DNA of 64,000 bases from an uncultured Corynebacterium sp. (GCF_902489365.1 NZ_CABTZR010000002.1:7294-71293); one strand, 5' to 3'; shown: positions 9,806 through 20,463, counted from the stretch's first letter. Notes: generated from the letters alone by a model not told the origin. Made by a program: numbers and translations.

Positions 9806-10219
9806 ATGGCCATCCACGACAGTATTCCCAAACTCGGCGCTCGCAATACCCGCCAGCGCACCGCCATCGTTGAGGTCCTGCGCAGTCTCGACAAGTTCGT
9901 CTCTGCCAAGGACATTCACCAGGCGCTTATCGACGGTAACCAAAAAGTCGGACTCACCACCGTCTATCGCACGCTCCAATCACTCTCGGAGATTGACGCA
10001 GTCGACGCGCTCCACATGCCCTCCGGCGAGACCCTTTACCGCCATTGCGAGAGCGATGCGCACCACCACCACTTGGTGTGCACCAAGTGCGGCCGCACCG
10101 AGGAAATCGATGGCGGCCCCATTGAGGAGTGGGCTTCCTCGGTAGCCAAGGAGCACGACTTCGAGCTCACCGGGCACGATGCCGAGATCTTCGGCATCTG
10201 CGCCGAGTGCCGCGCCTAA
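9806..10219 (+). CDS. zur: Zinc uptake regulator (Fur family)
   Basis: RNTRQR, GLTTVYRTL, HHHHLVCTKCG, GICAEC; arsR-zur pair as in actinobacteria. Confidence 0.92.
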   Translation: MAIHDSIPKLGARNTRQRTAIVEVLRSLDKFVSAKDIHQALIDGNQKVGLTTVYRTLQSLSEIDAVDALHMPSGETLYRHCESDAHHHHLVCTKCGRTEEIDGGPIEEWASSVAKEHDFELTGHDAEIFGICAECRA

Positions 10220-10229
10220 AGCCCGCGCG

Positions 10230-10982
10230 CTACTTGACGCCACCGAAGCGGCGGTCGCGCCGCGCGTACTCTTCCACCGCGGCGAACAAGTCTTCCGGCG
10301 TGAAGTCCGGGAAGAGCTTGTCCTGGTAAATCATCTCTGCGTAGGCCGACTGCCACAGCAGGAAGTTGGAGGTGCGCTTTTCGCCGGAGGGGCGCAGGAA
10401 CAGATCCACGTCCGGCATATCGGGGTCATACATCACCGAGCTCACCGTCTTCTCGTTGATGGAGCGCGGGTCGAGCTCGCCACGGGAGACTTGCTCGGTG
10501 AGTATCCGGATACCGTCGACAAGCTCGGCGCGCCCACCGTAGTTCACGCACATCACCAGGGTCATCTTGGTGTTGTCCTTGGTCAGCTCCTCGGCGGCCT
10601 CGAGCTCCTTGATCACGGAGCGCCACAGGCGCGGGCGGCGGCCGGCCCACACCACGCGCACTCCCCTCTCGTTGAGCCAGTGGCGCTGGCGGCGCAGCAC
10701 GTCGCGGTTAAAGCCCATGAGGAAGCGGACTTCCTCCGCGCTGCGGCGCCAATTCTCGGTGGAGAAGGCATAGGCGGAAAGATAAGGAACACCAAGGGAA
10801 AGGCAGGCATCGACGACGTCGAGAAGCACTGCTTCCCCGCGACGGTGACCTTCGGTGCGCTTCATGCCGCGCTCCTCTGCCCAGCGGCCGTTGCCATCCA
10901 TGACCAGCGCGATGTGGCGCGGCAGGAACTCCTGCGGGATGGCGGGCGGGTGGAGGACTCGGTTCGGGTCAGGCGTAATCAC
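10230..10982 (-). CDS. uppS: Isoprenyl transferase (undecaprenyl/decaprenyl diphosphate synthase)
   Basis: [40 protein letters not shown]. Confidence 0.96.
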   Translation of the reverse strand: MITPDPNRVLHPPAIPQEFLPRHIALVMDGNGRWAEERGMKRTEGHRRGEAVLLDVVDACLSLGVPYLSAYAFSTENWRRSAEEVRFLMGFNRDVLRRQRHWLNERGVRVVWAGRRPRLWRSVIKELEAAEELTKDNTKMTLVMCVNYGGRAELVDGIRILTEQVSRGELDPRSINEKTVSSVMYDPDMPDVDLFLRPSGEKRTSNFLLWQSAYAEMIYQDKLFPDFTPEDLFAAVEEYARRDRRFGGVK

Positions 10983-10992
10983 GGGTTACAGT

Positions 10993-11709
10993 CTACTGTT
11001 CCATGATCCCCAGCGCGCCAACGCTTCGCTCAAGATGCCATTGCAGATGCGCGCGAATGAGGCGATGGGCCTCTTGGGCTTGGGCGTTCGTCGGCTGGCT
11101 GGGGTGGTCATGGGCGATAAGCCACATGTGGTGCAGGGTTTCCGGGTCCACCTCGGCGGCCCCTGGCGGGCGGCATTGGTGGCAGGCGGCGCCGCCCACG
11201 GCTGGGTGGAAGGCGTGGTGGGGGCCGGGCCTTTGGCACTGGGCGCAATCGAAAAGGCTGGGCGCCCAGCCGGCGTGGGACATGGATTTGAGGAGGAAGG
11301 CGTCAAGAAGCAGGAGCGGATCGCCGTGCTGAAGCTTGTCGAGGACATCGACGCAGGCCTCGTAAAGGTAGGGATCGCCTGGGGCGTCGGCGGCGGCGAG
11401 GCGCTCGGCGGATTCGAGGGCGGCGCAGGCGGCGGTGTAGCGCTCGTAATCCTCGATGATGCGCGCGCCGAAGTAATCCACGGTATCGGCCTGGGAAATG
11501 GTGTAGAGGTTGCGGCCGGGATAAAGCTGCACGTCGAGGTTGACGAAGAGCTGCAGGCGGGAGCCGAAGCGCGACTTGGCGCGGCGGACTCCCTTGGCCA
11601 CCCCGCGCACGAGGCCGTGGTGGCGGGTCAAGAGCACGATGATGCGGTCCGCTTCCCCGAAATCATAGGTGCGGATGACGAGGGCGCGGTCGCGGAAATT
11701 CTCCCGCAC
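10993..11709 (-). CDS. recO: DNA repair protein RecO
   Basis: GEADRIIVLLT..HG.VRGVAKGVRR.KSRFG; CxxC...CxxC. Confidence 0.96.
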   Translation of the reverse strand: MRENFRDRALVIRTYDFGEADRIIVLLTRHHGLVRGVAKGVRRAKSRFGSRLQLFVNLDVQLYPGRNLYTISQADTVDYFGARIIEDYERYTAACAALESAERLAAADAPGDPYLYEACVDVLDKLQHGDPLLLLDAFLLKSMSHAGWAPSLFDCAQCQRPGPHHAFHPAVGGAACHQCRPPGAAEVDPETLHHMWLIAHDHPSQPTNAQAQEAHRLIRAHLQWHLERSVGALGIMEQ

Positions 11710-11728
11710 TTTAGAAGATCTCCTGCAT

Positions 11729-12724
11729 TTAGAAGCCCAGGCGGCCCAGCGCCTTCGGGTCCGACTGCCAGTTCTTCAGAACCTTCATGCGCAGGTCAAG
11801 GTAGACGTTTTGGCCAAGGAGCTGAATGATTTCCTTGCGGGCGGTGCCCACGATGCGGCGGAAGCGGCGGCCGTCCTTGCCCTCAATGATGCGCTTCTGG
11901 CCGGGGCGCTCTAGGTAGAGGATGGCGTGGACGTTGAGGACATCGGGGCGTTCCTGGCTAGGCAGAATCTCATCGACCTCGACAGCGACCGAGTGCGGCA
12001 GCTCGTGCTTGAGGCCGGAGAGCGCGGCTTCGCGGATGAGCTCGGCGATGCGCTGGGACTGATCTTCATCGGTGACGTGGTCATCGGGGTAGAACTTGGG
12101 GCCTTCGGGGAGGTGGTCCACGATGACCTGGGTTAGCTCATCCAGCTGCACGCGCTCGGTGGCGGAGACCGGGATGACCACGGCATCGGGGTTCTCTTCG
12201 GCGAGCAGCTCGTGCAGGGCAAGCAGCTGGGCGCCAACCTGGTCCTTGGAGGCTTTGTCCAGCTTGGTCACGATGCCGATGATGGGGGTCTTCGGGGCGA
12301 CTTTGCGGACGTTCTCGAGGATCCAGCGGTCGCCGGGGCCAATCTTCTCATCCGCGGGGATGGTCAGGCCGATGACGTCGACGTCCGCGTAGGTGTCCTT
12401 GACCACCTCGTTGAGGCGCTCGCCGAGCAGGGTGCGCGGGCGGTGCAGGCCGGGTGTGTCGACGAGGACGATCTGCGCATCCTCGCGGTGGACTAGGCCG
12501 CGGATGGGGTGGCGGGTGGTTTCCGGCTGGTCAGCGGTGATGGCGATCTTCTGCCCTACCAGGGCATTGGTCAGGGTGGACTTGCCGGTGTTGGGGCGGC
12601 CGACGAAGGACACGAAGCCGGAGCGGAAGCCCTCTGGCGTGTCGGTGTAGTGCGAATAGTCCGCGGCGGTGGCCTCGCCTTCTTCAGGCAGGTCCGCGAA
12701 GGCGGCGTCGAAATCGGTGCTCAT
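11729..12724 (-). CDS. era: GTPase Era
   Basis: GRPNTGKSTL, DTPG, TKLD, KH domain; start may be 12739 or 12724. Confidence 0.97.
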   Translation of the reverse strand: MSTDFDAAFADLPEEGEATAADYSHYTDTPEGFRSGFVSFVGRPNTGKSTLTNALVGQKIAITADQPETTRHPIRGLVHREDAQIVLVDTPGLHRPRTLLGERLNEVVKDTYADVDVIGLTIPADEKIGPGDRWILENVRKVAPKTPIIGIVTKLDKASKDQVGAQLLALHELLAEENPDAVVIPVSATERVQLDELTQVIVDHLPEGPKFYPDDHVTDEDQSQRIAELIREAALSGLKHELPHSVAVEVDEILPSQERPDVLNVHAILYLERPGQKRIIEGKDGRRFRRIVGTARKEIIQLLGQNVYLDLRMKVLKNWQSDPKALGRLGF

Positions 12725-12785
12725 ATTGTTTTTCATCATAGCTCACGATTTCTGAATTCCCGCTCCCGCTGCGTGCAGGACAGAA

Positions 12786-12905
12786 GGTCCTTTTCGTTTG
12801 GTCCTCCTACTCTGGTCTCTTCTCTGTACAAAGGGACCACCTGTTGGCTGTTTTCGCGCGATAGGTGGTCCCTTTACGGTGCACAGGGACCACACTAAAG
12901 GGACC
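12786..12905. repeat. Palindromic element type A, copy 2
   Basis: ggtccttttcgttt, ggtcctcctactct; two hairpins with 26-nt spacer; right arm one unit shorter. Confidence 0.9.
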
Positions 12906-12996
12906 ACCTGCTGATGGGCGGCGAATGCCGGCCGAACCTGCCCATGGACAGGGCTGGCGGGCGTGTGGCTGGGGGCTGGCGGGTGTGCCTGCACTT

Positions 12997-13132
12997 GGTT
13001 CTAGTCAGAGGGCATTAGTCATATGGTTTGTTTGCCCCCAAACGAACCATCCAGCCGCCCACAAAAGGTTTGTTTGCCCCCAAAGAAACCCTCTGACCTA
13101 AACCATCTGAGTAGAACCATGTGGCTGGAAGC
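12997..13132. repeat. Palindromic element type C (GGTTT/AAACC core)
   Basis: 14-nt units ggttctagtcagag, ggcattagtcatat; 24-nt hairpins 13025-13048 and 13067-13090; mirror units ctctgacctaaacc, atctgagtagaacc. Confidence 0.85.
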
Positions 13133-13207
13133 AATGTCGCAGTCTTGAGGCGAGAAAGCCACGTCCGGGTAGGGCGGGAGTCGACTGCAAAAAGGGATCA
13201 GCCGGAT

Positions 13208-13343
13208 GGCGCCTACCACAAGACCTCCGCTAGAAGGCATCCGGTGAAAGGCATCTTCCACAAGGCGTCGGTCAAAAGGCATTTCTGGTAGTGAAAACGC
13301 CTTTTGACTGATGCCTTCTGCGAAATGCCGTTTGCGGGACACC
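13208..13343. repeat. Palindromic element type B, copy 2
   Basis: Five 14-nt left units, one 24-nt hairpin 13278-13301, three mirror units (ttttgactgatgcc, ttctgcgaaatgcc, gtttgcgggacacc). Confidence 0.85.
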
Positions 13344-13440
13344 TTTGGCAGGGCCCAAGGCTCAAAATGAGATACAAGTCAAGGCCAAGGCAAATACGCG
13401 AGACCGCGAAGGCGCGCGGTCGGCGGTTGCGGATTGGAGG

Positions 13441-14289
13441 CTAGAGCTCCTCGACGTGGAACTGCAGGCGCGGGTTAGCAAAGACGTCCTGGGACTCAAT
13501 GAGCTGCAGCTCGCGGGCGTCGGCCTCGTAGGTGGTGTGCAGCAAATCGTAGACCGAGGAGGCGGTGCGCTTGAGCGCTTCCTTTGCATCGTGCGTTTCC
13601 ACGTAGTGGCCGGTGAAAAGCGAGGCCGTGACATCGCCCGAACCATTGCGCTTGAACGGCAGCTTGGGGGTGGTCACCAGGAAGGCGCGCTCACCGTCAA
13701 CGGCGAGCATCTCAATCTCATCCTCACCGGTTTCCGGGCGCTGCACCGAGGTCACCAGCACGGTCTTCGGGCCGATCTCCTGAGCGCGCTTCACCGCGGC
13801 GAGGGTCTGCTCCAAGGTTCCCACCTCGGAGTCGGTCAGGTAGCCCAGCTCAAACTGATTCGGGGTGATGATGTCCGCGACCGGAACGACCTTATCGCGC
13901 AGCAGCGGCGGGATTTCATCCGAGACGAAGCAGCCGGACTTGGCGTTGCCCATCACTGGGTCGCAGGCGTAGAGGGCCTTGGGGTTCACCGCCTTGATGC
14001 GGTTCACAGCATCCACAATGGCACCGGCGATGTCCGGACCGCCCTGGTAACCGGACAAGATGGCGTCGATGCGCGGGAAGGCGCCACGCTTCTCGATGCC
14101 ATCCACAATCGCCGTGACCTCTTCCGCCGGGATCATCGGCCCGCCCCAATCGCCATAACCGGTGTGATTGGAGAAGTTCACCGTGTGGATAGGCCACACC
14201 TCATGGCCAGCACGCTGAAGGGGAAAGACTGCTGCGGAGTTGCCCACGTGGCCGAAGGTGACGTGGGACTGGATGGAGAGGATGTTCAT
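13441..14289 (-). CDS. pdxY: Pyridoxal kinase
   Basis: ILSIQSHVTFGHVGNSAAVFPLQ, FSNHTGYG, DPVMG, TPNQFEL, NGSGD. Confidence 0.93.
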   Translation of the reverse strand: MNILSIQSHVTFGHVGNSAAVFPLQRAGHEVWPIHTVNFSNHTGYGDWGGPMIPAEEVTAIVDGIEKRGAFPRIDAILSGYQGGPDIAGAIVDAVNRIKAVNPKALYACDPVMGNAKSGCFVSDEIPPLLRDKVVPVADIITPNQFELGYLTDSEVGTLEQTLAAVKRAQEIGPKTVLVTSVQRPETGEDEIEMLAVDGERAFLVTTPKLPFKRNGSGDVTASLFTGHYVETHDAKEALKRTASSVYDLLHTTYEADARELQLIESQDVFANPRLQFHVEEL

Positions 14290-14339
14290 AATCCCCTATT
14301 GTGCTACTCCCCACCACGCACCTCAACGTTAGGGCTACT

Positions 14340-14915
14340 TTAAATGCCGCCGCCGGGAACTTCCTTATCCAGCTCGGCACGCTCGGCGGCGTCCGGGAAG
14401 GCCTTCGGGCCAGAAGGCTTGGGCTGGTAGCTCACGCCGCGTGCTGCCAGGTCCTCATACCAGTCCGCCAACAGCTCGTTCTGCAGGCCGAACATTTCCT
14501 TCTCCTCCGCGGCGGTCGTGTGGTCATAGCCCAGCAGGTGCAGGCAACCATGCACGGTCAACAAAGCCAGCTCGTGGCCCAGTGAGTGGCCGGCCGCCGT
14601 GGCTTGGCGCTGGGCAAACTCCGGGCAAAGCACAATATCGCCCAGCATCGCAGGGCCGGCCTCCACCGCGTCCGGGCGGCCTGCGGTAGCGCCCGGGGTG
14701 AGCTCATCCATGGGGAAGCTCATAACGTCGGTCGGGCCTTCCAGGTCCATCCAGCGCACGTGCAGCTCCGCGATGGTATCCAGGTCCACCGCGGTAATCG
14801 TGCACTCGGCATCCGGATTCACGTCGAGGCGGCCGAGGGCATAAGAGCAGACGTCGATCAGCATCTCCTCGTTGACGCCGTCATAACCGGACTCGTTGAT
14901 GAATTCAATGCTCAT
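14340..14915 (-). CDS. ybeY: rRNA maturation RNase YbeY
   Basis: [19 protein letters not shown]. Confidence 0.96.
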   Translation of the reverse strand: MSIEFINESGYDGVNEEMLIDVCSYALGRLDVNPDAECTITAVDLDTIAELHVRWMDLEGPTDVMSFPMDELTPGATAGRPDAVEAGPAMLGDIVLCPEFAQRQATAAGHSLGHELALLTVHGCLHLLGYDHTTAAEEKEMFGLQNELLADWYEDLAARGVSYQPKPSGPKAFPDAAERAELDKEVPGGGI

Positions 14916-15877
14916 TTCTTCTCCTCCTGCTCAGCAAAGTTATCGTAGGCCTCGACAATGCGCCCGACCAGCTGGTGGCGCACCACATCAGCAGAGCCCA
15001 GCTCCGCGAAGTGAATATCCGGCACGCCCTTCAGGATGCGGCGCACCAGACGCAGCCCAGAGACCTGACCACCGGGCAAGTCCACCTGGGAAATATCGCC
15101 GGTCACCACAATGGTGGAGCCAAAGCCCAAACGAGTCAGGAACATCTTCATCTGCGCCGGCGTGGTGTTTTGGGCCTCGTCGAGGATGACGAAGGCATCG
15201 TTGAGCGTGCGGCCGCGCATATAAGCCAGGGGCGCGACCTCGATGATGCCGGCCTCCATGAGCTTCGGAATCATCTCCGGGTCAATCATGTCCCGCAAAG
15301 CGTCGTACAGCGGGCGCAGATAAGGATCGATCTTGTCGTTCAAAGTGCCAGGCAGAAAGCCCAGCTTCTCCCCCGCTTCCACGGCCGGGCGGGTCAGGAT
15401 AATGCGGCTGACCTGCTTGGCGCGCAGGGCCTGCACGGCCTTGGCCACCGCCAAGTAAGTCTTACCGGTACCGGCCGGACCGATACCGAAGACAATCGTG
15501 TTCTCATCGATGGCCTGCACATAGCGCGACTGCCCAAGAGTCTTCGGCCGCACAGCCTTGCCGCGGCGCGAGACGATATCGGCCGCGAGCGTCTCGGACA
15601 CAGACGCCGGGGCCTCCACGGCCACCAGGTCCAGGGTGTGCTTAACGGTATCCGTGCTCACCGGATGGCCGCGGCGCGCGATGGCCTCGAGCTCCTCTAA
15701 GACCTTGCGCGCACGGGCTACCTCATAATCGGGGCCGGCGGCAGTAATGGTGGTACCGCGGGCAAAGAGGTCCACGCCCACGAGGTTGCCCAAAACGCGC
15801 AGGTTATCGTCCGCCGGGCCGAGCACCGTGGCTAGGTAGGCGGAATCGAGATCAAACTTGGTGGTGATAATAGGCAC
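14912..15877 (-). CDS. phoH: PhoH family ATPase
   Basis: [39 protein letters not shown]; start 15877 or 15883. Confidence 0.95.
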   Translation of the reverse strand: MPIITTKFDLDSAYLATVLGPADDNLRVLGNLVGVDLFARGTTITAAGPDYEVARARKVLEELEAIARRGHPVSTDTVKHTLDLVAVEAPASVSETLAADIVSRRGKAVRPKTLGQSRYVQAIDENTIVFGIGPAGTGKTYLAVAKAVQALRAKQVSRIILTRPAVEAGEKLGFLPGTLNDKIDPYLRPLYDALRDMIDPEMIPKLMEAGIIEVAPLAYMRGRTLNDAFVILDEAQNTTPAQMKMFLTRLGFGSTIVVTGDISQVDLPGGQVSGLRLVRRILKGVPDIHFAELGSADVVRHQLVGRIVEAYDNFAEQEEKK

Positions 15878-15887
15878 GCCCAAAAGG

Positions 15888-16628
15888 CTACCAGCGCGCG
15901 GTCAGGGTGCCGATGCTGGCCAAGGCCACCATGCTTGCCGACGCCGTCCGCAACACCTCCGGCCCCAACTTGATCGCCGTCGCACCGGCGTCCTGCAGGC
16001 GGGCTAGTTCCTCCGCACCGATGCCGCCCTCCGGGCCCACCAGCAGGTAGATCGTCTCGGCGGAGCCGAGGTCCTCTAGGTCCTTGAGACGGATCTCCGC
16101 CTCCTCGTGGAGAACCAAGGCTCGTGCACCCGAAATCTCCTGGCACAGTTGACGCGTGGTCAGCGGGCCGCGCACCGCCGGTACGCGCACTCGGCGCGAT
16201 TGCTTGGCGGCAGCCACGGCCGCGGATTCCCACTTGGCTAGCGCCTTCGGGGCCTTCTTCGCATCCCACTTGGACACGCAGCGATCCGCCTGCCAGGCAA
16301 TGATCTCATCCGCCCCGGCCTGGGTGGCCAGGTCGACGGCGAGCTCGGCGCGCTCCGACTTCGGGATGGCCTGGACCACCACGACGCGTGGGGAGGGCTC
16401 GGGGATGATCACGAGGTCGTCGACAAGCGCAGCCAGCGTGTCCTTGCCCTGCGTATCGGTGATGGTGGCGGTGGCGCGGCGCCCGGAGCCGTCGATAAGC
16501 ACCAGGCTCTCGCCCGGGGCCATGCGCTTGACGGTGACCGCGTGGCGGCCCTCCGCGCCATCAAGGCCCACGGGCTGGCCGACTTCAGCGAGGGACAGGT
16601 CCGGGTGGAGGAAGACGGGCAAAGACAT
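15888..16628 (-). CDS. rsmE: 16S rRNA m3U1498 methyltransferase
   Basis: H...V.R, AAKQSRR, VGPEGG, LGPEVLRTASA. Confidence 0.95.
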   Translation of the reverse strand: MSLPVFLHPDLSLAEVGQPVGLDGAEGRHAVTVKRMAPGESLVLIDGSGRRATATITDTQGKDTLAALVDDLVIIPEPSPRVVVVQAIPKSERAELAVDLATQAGADEIIAWQADRCVSKWDAKKAPKALAKWESAAVAAAKQSRRVRVPAVRGPLTTRQLCQEISGARALVLHEEAEIRLKDLEDLGSAETIYLLVGPEGGIGAEELARLQDAGATAIKLGPEVLRTASASMVALASIGTLTARW

Positions 16629-17770
16629 TAGCGGCGGAACTTATCGCGGAAGCGGCTAAAGAGGGACTCGCCCTGGCCATCCCCGGCACGGTGCACCTCG
16701 GTGCCGCCGTGGCCGGCGTTGCGGACCTTCTCCAGTGCCTCGCGGGTCTTCTTATCCAGGTCAGTCGGGACGACAACGTCCACGTGGGCGTGAAGGTTGC
16801 CAAAGCCGTCCGTGCGCAGGCGCGGCATGCCTTTCCCCTGGAGGGTGATGGACTCGCCCGGCTGGGTGCCCGGCGCGATATCGATGGTGAGCTCTTCGCC
16901 GTCGAGCTGCTCGACGGTACAGGAAGCACCCAGCGCGGCATCCACCATGGGCACGCGCACGGTCAGGTGCAGGTCATCGGCGTTGCGCTCGAAGACGGGG
17001 TGCGGCTCGGTGTGCACCTCGACGTAGAGGTCACCGGCGGGGCCGCCGCCGTGGCCGACCTCGCCCTGGGACGCCATGCGGATGCGCATGCCATCACCAA
17101 TGCCGGCGGGGATATTCACCGTAATATCGCGGCGCTTGCGCACGCGGCCATCGCCGCCGCAGTGGCCACAAGGATCGGTGACTACTTCGCCGAAGCCGTA
17201 GCACTTCGGGCAATCGCGGGTGGTCATCATGTTGCCCAGCATGCTGCGCTGGACCTCTTGGACCTGGCCCATGCCGCCGCAGTGATCACAGGTCACCGGC
17301 TTGGACTTGGACTCAGAACCGGTTCCCTCACAGCGGTCACAGACAACAGCGGTATCCACCTTGACCTGCTGCTTGACGCCGCTATAGGCCTCCTCGAGGG
17401 TAATAGTGGTGCGCAGGAGCGCATCATCGCCCGGCTGCACGCGGGAACGCGGGCCGCGGGAAGCTGCTCCCCCACCGAAGAACTCGGCAAAGATATCCCC
17501 GAGGCCACCGCCACCGAAACCACCAAAGCCGCCGCCCTGGGCCGCGCGCTCCTCCATGGGGTCACCACCCATGTCCACAACCCGGCGCTTCTGCGGATCC
17601 AGCAGAACTTCCTGTGCAAGGGAGGCCTCGCGGAACTTCTCCGCGGCTTCTTCATCGCCCGGGTTGACGTCCGGGTGGTACTTGCGCGCCAGCTTGCGGT
17701 AGGCCTTCTTAATCTCGGCGTCGGACGCCGACTTTTCTACTCCAAGAATGCCGTAGTAGTCACGAGCCAC
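16628..17770 (-). CDS. dnaJ: Chaperone DnaJ (DnaJ2)
   Basis: J domain with HPD, G/F region, four CxxCxGxG repeats. Confidence 0.97.
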   Translation of the reverse strand: MARDYYGILGVEKSASDAEIKKAYRKLARKYHPDVNPGDEEAAEKFREASLAQEVLLDPQKRRVVDMGGDPMEERAAQGGGFGGFGGGGLGDIFAEFFGGGAASRGPRSRVQPGDDALLRTTITLEEAYSGVKQQVKVDTAVVCDRCEGTGSESKSKPVTCDHCGGMGQVQEVQRSMLGNMMTTRDCPKCYGFGEVVTDPCGHCGGDGRVRKRRDITVNIPAGIGDGMRIRMASQGEVGHGGGPAGDLYVEVHTEPHPVFERNADDLHLTVRVPMVDAALGASCTVEQLDGEELTIDIAPGTQPGESITLQGKGMPRLRTDGFGNLHAHVDVVVPTDLDKKTREALEKVRNAGHGGTEVHRAGDGQGESLFSRFRDKFRR

Positions 17771-17824
17771 GTACTGTCATCCTTCTATATCTCGTTGATT
17801 CTAAATCTAATCCGACGGGCCAGC

Positions 17825-18859
17825 TTACTCGCCCGCCAAAATTTCACTCACATAGCGTGCAACGGCAGAGACCTTGGAGATTGTTCCCGAGTAGTCCATA
17901 TATGTCGGCCCGACAACACCTAACCCGCCAAGCGCCGCCGCATCCTCGCCGGTGCCGAAACCATAGCGCGTGGCCACGACGGAGGTTTGGCGCAGCTCAT
18001 CGGCTTCGTTTTCCTCACCGATAGAGACCGATACGTTGCCTAAGTCCGGCACACGGGCCAGCAGCTTGAGTACCACGACCTGCTCTTCGAGCGCCTCGAT
18101 GATCGACGGCAGACCCTCGGGCAAGGCCACGCGGGTGAGATTGGACGTACCCGCCATGATCAGGCGATCGGAGGGCTGCTCCACGAGGGTCTCAATCAGC
18201 GTCGTCGCCGCCTTGAGGAGGTGAGGGCGGATGTCGGCCGGGGAGTCGTCGACAAGCGCGGCCAGCTCCACCGAGGCTTCCGTGAGCGTTTTTCCCTCCA
18301 GGGCGGTGTTGAGGATATCGCGCAGGCGGTGGGTCTGCTCGGGGTCGATGACATCATCGAGCTCCACATTGCGCTGATCAACGCGCCCATTATCCGTAAT
18401 GAGCACCAAGAGCAGACGCACCGGTGATAGTGCGACGACCTCGCAATGTTTGACGCGGGAGACCTTGAGGTTCGGCATCTGTACGACGGCCGCTTGCTTA
18501 GTTACCTGGGCCAGCAGCTGGACAGACCGGCGCAGCACGTCTTCCAAATCCACGCCGCCCTCGAGGAAGGTGAGCATGGCGCGGCGCTCGGCCTTGGAAA
18601 GCGGCTTGACATCGTGCAGCGTATCGACGAACTGGCGGTAGCCCTTCTGCGTGGGCACGCGCCCGGAGCTGGCGTGTTCTTGGGCGATGAGCCCTTCGGC
18701 TTCGAGCACGGCCATGTCATTGCGAATCGTCGCCGAGGACACGCCCAGCTGGTAGCGCTCGAGCAGGGCCTTGGAGCCGACGGGCGATTGTGAGGCGATG
18801 TAGTCCGCGACGATGGCGCGCAGGACCTCTTGGCGGCGGGCATCGGTGGAGCTAGACAT
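17825..18859 (-). CDS. hrcA: Heat-inducible transcription repressor HrcA
   Basis: [38 protein letters not shown] at 18859 follows TAGCCT by 7 nt. Confidence 0.97.
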   Translation of the reverse strand: MSSSTDARRQEVLRAIVADYIASQSPVGSKALLERYQLGVSSATIRNDMAVLEAEGLIAQEHASSGRVPTQKGYRQFVDTLHDVKPLSKAERRAMLTFLEGGVDLEDVLRRSVQLLAQVTKQAAVVQMPNLKVSRVKHCEVVALSPVRLLLVLITDNGRVDQRNVELDDVIDPEQTHRLRDILNTALEGKTLTEASVELAALVDDSPADIRPHLLKAATTLIETLVEQPSDRLIMAGTSNLTRVALPEGLPSIIEALEEQVVVLKLLARVPDLGNVSVSIGEENEADELRQTSVVATRYGFGTGEDAAALGGLGVVGPTYMDYSGTISKVSAVARYVSEILAGE

Positions 18860-19009
18860 GTCTTTAAGGCTATCCGTTCTGGCGGGCAAGTGTGGACGCT
18901 GGTGCCAATCTTCCTAGGCACGCTGGCAGTCCGCCACAACTTCCGGGTGGTTCCATAATGTGCTTCAAGAAGGGTTCATCATGCGCTTCCAGATAGCTCG
19001 AATACTGAT

Positions 19010-19142
19010 GGTCCTTACGGATGGTCCCTTTAGTCTGGTCTCTTATCGGTGCAAAGAGACCATCTGCGGGCGCCTTTCCTGCGATAGATGGTCCCTTTTC
19101 GCCGTAAAGGGACCAAAGCAAGAGGACCCAACTATAGGGACC
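19010..19142. repeat. Palindromic element type A, copy 3
   Basis: Same layout and 26-nt spacer; hairpin 1 has a compensatory pair change (ggtcTctt..aagAgacc). Confidence 0.9.
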
Positions 19143-19183
19143 ATTTTGTGAGTCAAGCCCGCCAACGGGGGCGCGGAGGCAAA

Positions 19184-20320
19184 CTAGCGGGCAGTGTCTT
19201 CCGCGACGAGGAGGTCAGTGATGATGCCATCCGCGAGCAGGCGGCCAGCCTTGGTCACGCGGAGGCGGTCCTCGGCGCGCTCGAGCAGGCCGCGCTCGAT
19301 GAAACGCGCGGCCACGGGCTCAGCCGCCGGCGCGAGCCAGGAAGCGGGGATGCCCTCGCGCAGGCGCAGCCCCAACATGATGCGCTCGGTATGGCGGTCA
19401 GCCTCCGTGAGCTGCTCGCGCTCCTTCACCGGCAACTCGCCCTCACCTACCGCCTTGATGTAGGTCCGCGGGTTCTTCACGTTAAAGAAGCGCTCGTTGC
19501 CCAAGTGCGAATGGGCGCCCGGACCCGCGCCCCACCAATTGCCGTCCACCCAATAGATGCGGTTGTGCTGGCACTCCCCACCCGGCTTGGCCCAGTTGGA
19601 GACCTCGTACCACTCGAAACCTTCAGCTTCGAGCGTGGAGGAGATCATCTCATAGCGCCGGGCCAGCACGTCCTCATTTGGGGCGGGCAGCAAGCCCTTG
19701 GACACCTTGCGGGCCATACGCGTGCCGTCCTCCACAATGAGTGAATACGCGCTGATGTGATCCACCCCGGTCTCCAGGGCGCGCTCCAAGGTCAGGGCAA
19801 CGTCGGCGTCCTCTTCTGTCGGCGTGCCATAAATCATGTCCAAGTTAACGTGCTCGAAGCCCGCGGCAATGGCCTCGCGGGCGGCATCGAAGGCGCGGCC
19901 CGGCGTGTGGGCTCGCTCCAACACGGCAAGCACCCCTGGGGAGGCGGATTGCATGCCCAGGGAGAGGCGGGTAAAGCCGGCGTCGAGAAGCCCGGCGAAG
20001 TACTCCGGCGAGGTGGATTCCGGGTTGGATTCCGTGGTGACCTCCGCGCCTGGGGCGAGGCCGAAGGTGTCGCGGATCTTCGACAAGACACGGCCCAGGC
20101 CGTCCGCGCCCAGCAGGCTCGGCGTGCCGCCGCCAATAAAAACCGTTTCGGCCTCACGCCCCACCTGCGCCGCCGCCATATCCAGTTCCTTCTCCAGCGC
20201 AGCCAGATAACCGCTGGTCAGATCCCCTCCCAGCTCACCGGGCGTATAGGTGTTGAAATCGCAATAGCCACAGCGGGAGGCACAGAAGGGAACGTGAATA
20301 TAAAGACCGAAGGGATCCAT
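19184..20320 (-). CDS. hemW: Radical SAM heme chaperone HemW (HemN-like)
   Basis: LYIHVPFCASRCGYCDFN, GGGTPS, YEVSNWA, HN..YW. Confidence 0.93.
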   Translation of the reverse strand: MDPFGLYIHVPFCASRCGYCDFNTYTPGELGGDLTSGYLAALEKELDMAAAQVGREAETVFIGGGTPSLLGADGLGRVLSKIRDTFGLAPGAEVTTESNPESTSPEYFAGLLDAGFTRLSLGMQSASPGVLAVLERAHTPGRAFDAAREAIAAGFEHVNLDMIYGTPTEEDADVALTLERALETGVDHISAYSLIVEDGTRMARKVSKGLLPAPNEDVLARRYEMISSTLEAEGFEWYEVSNWAKPGGECQHNRIYWVDGNWWGAGPGAHSHLGNERFFNVKNPRTYIKAVGEGELPVKEREQLTEADRHTERIMLGLRLREGIPASWLAPAAEPVAARFIERGLLERAEDRLRVTKAGRLLADGIITDLLVAEDTAR

Positions 20321-20430
20321 GGGGAACAAAATAACCGACTAAGCCGTTGAAGCGGTAGTCTATAGTGCATATTTGCAATCCCCGATAGTTAAGAAAGGCC
20401 CCCTTTTTCGTGGAACCTCCGAGTCGATGT

Positions 20431-20457
20431 CCCCACCGCCTACGTAAGGCGGTGGGG
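20431..20457 (+). promoter_or_regulatory. Perfect 11-bp hairpin covering the ribosome-binding region of the CNNM operon
   Basis: ccccaccgcct-acgta-aggcggtgggg ends 6 nt before GTG at 20464. Confidence 0.55.
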
Positions 20458-20463
20458 TAAGCC

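Noticed and set aside
12786..13343. CRISPR array interpretation of the repeats
   Set aside because: Units are inverted around a centre with at most two hairpins per element. There is no run of identical direct repeats with unique spacers and no cas gene in the window.
18860..19009. CIRCE operator upstream of hrcA
   Set aside because: Only half-site-like words (ttggcacc, ctggcagtc); no correctly spaced inverted repeat.
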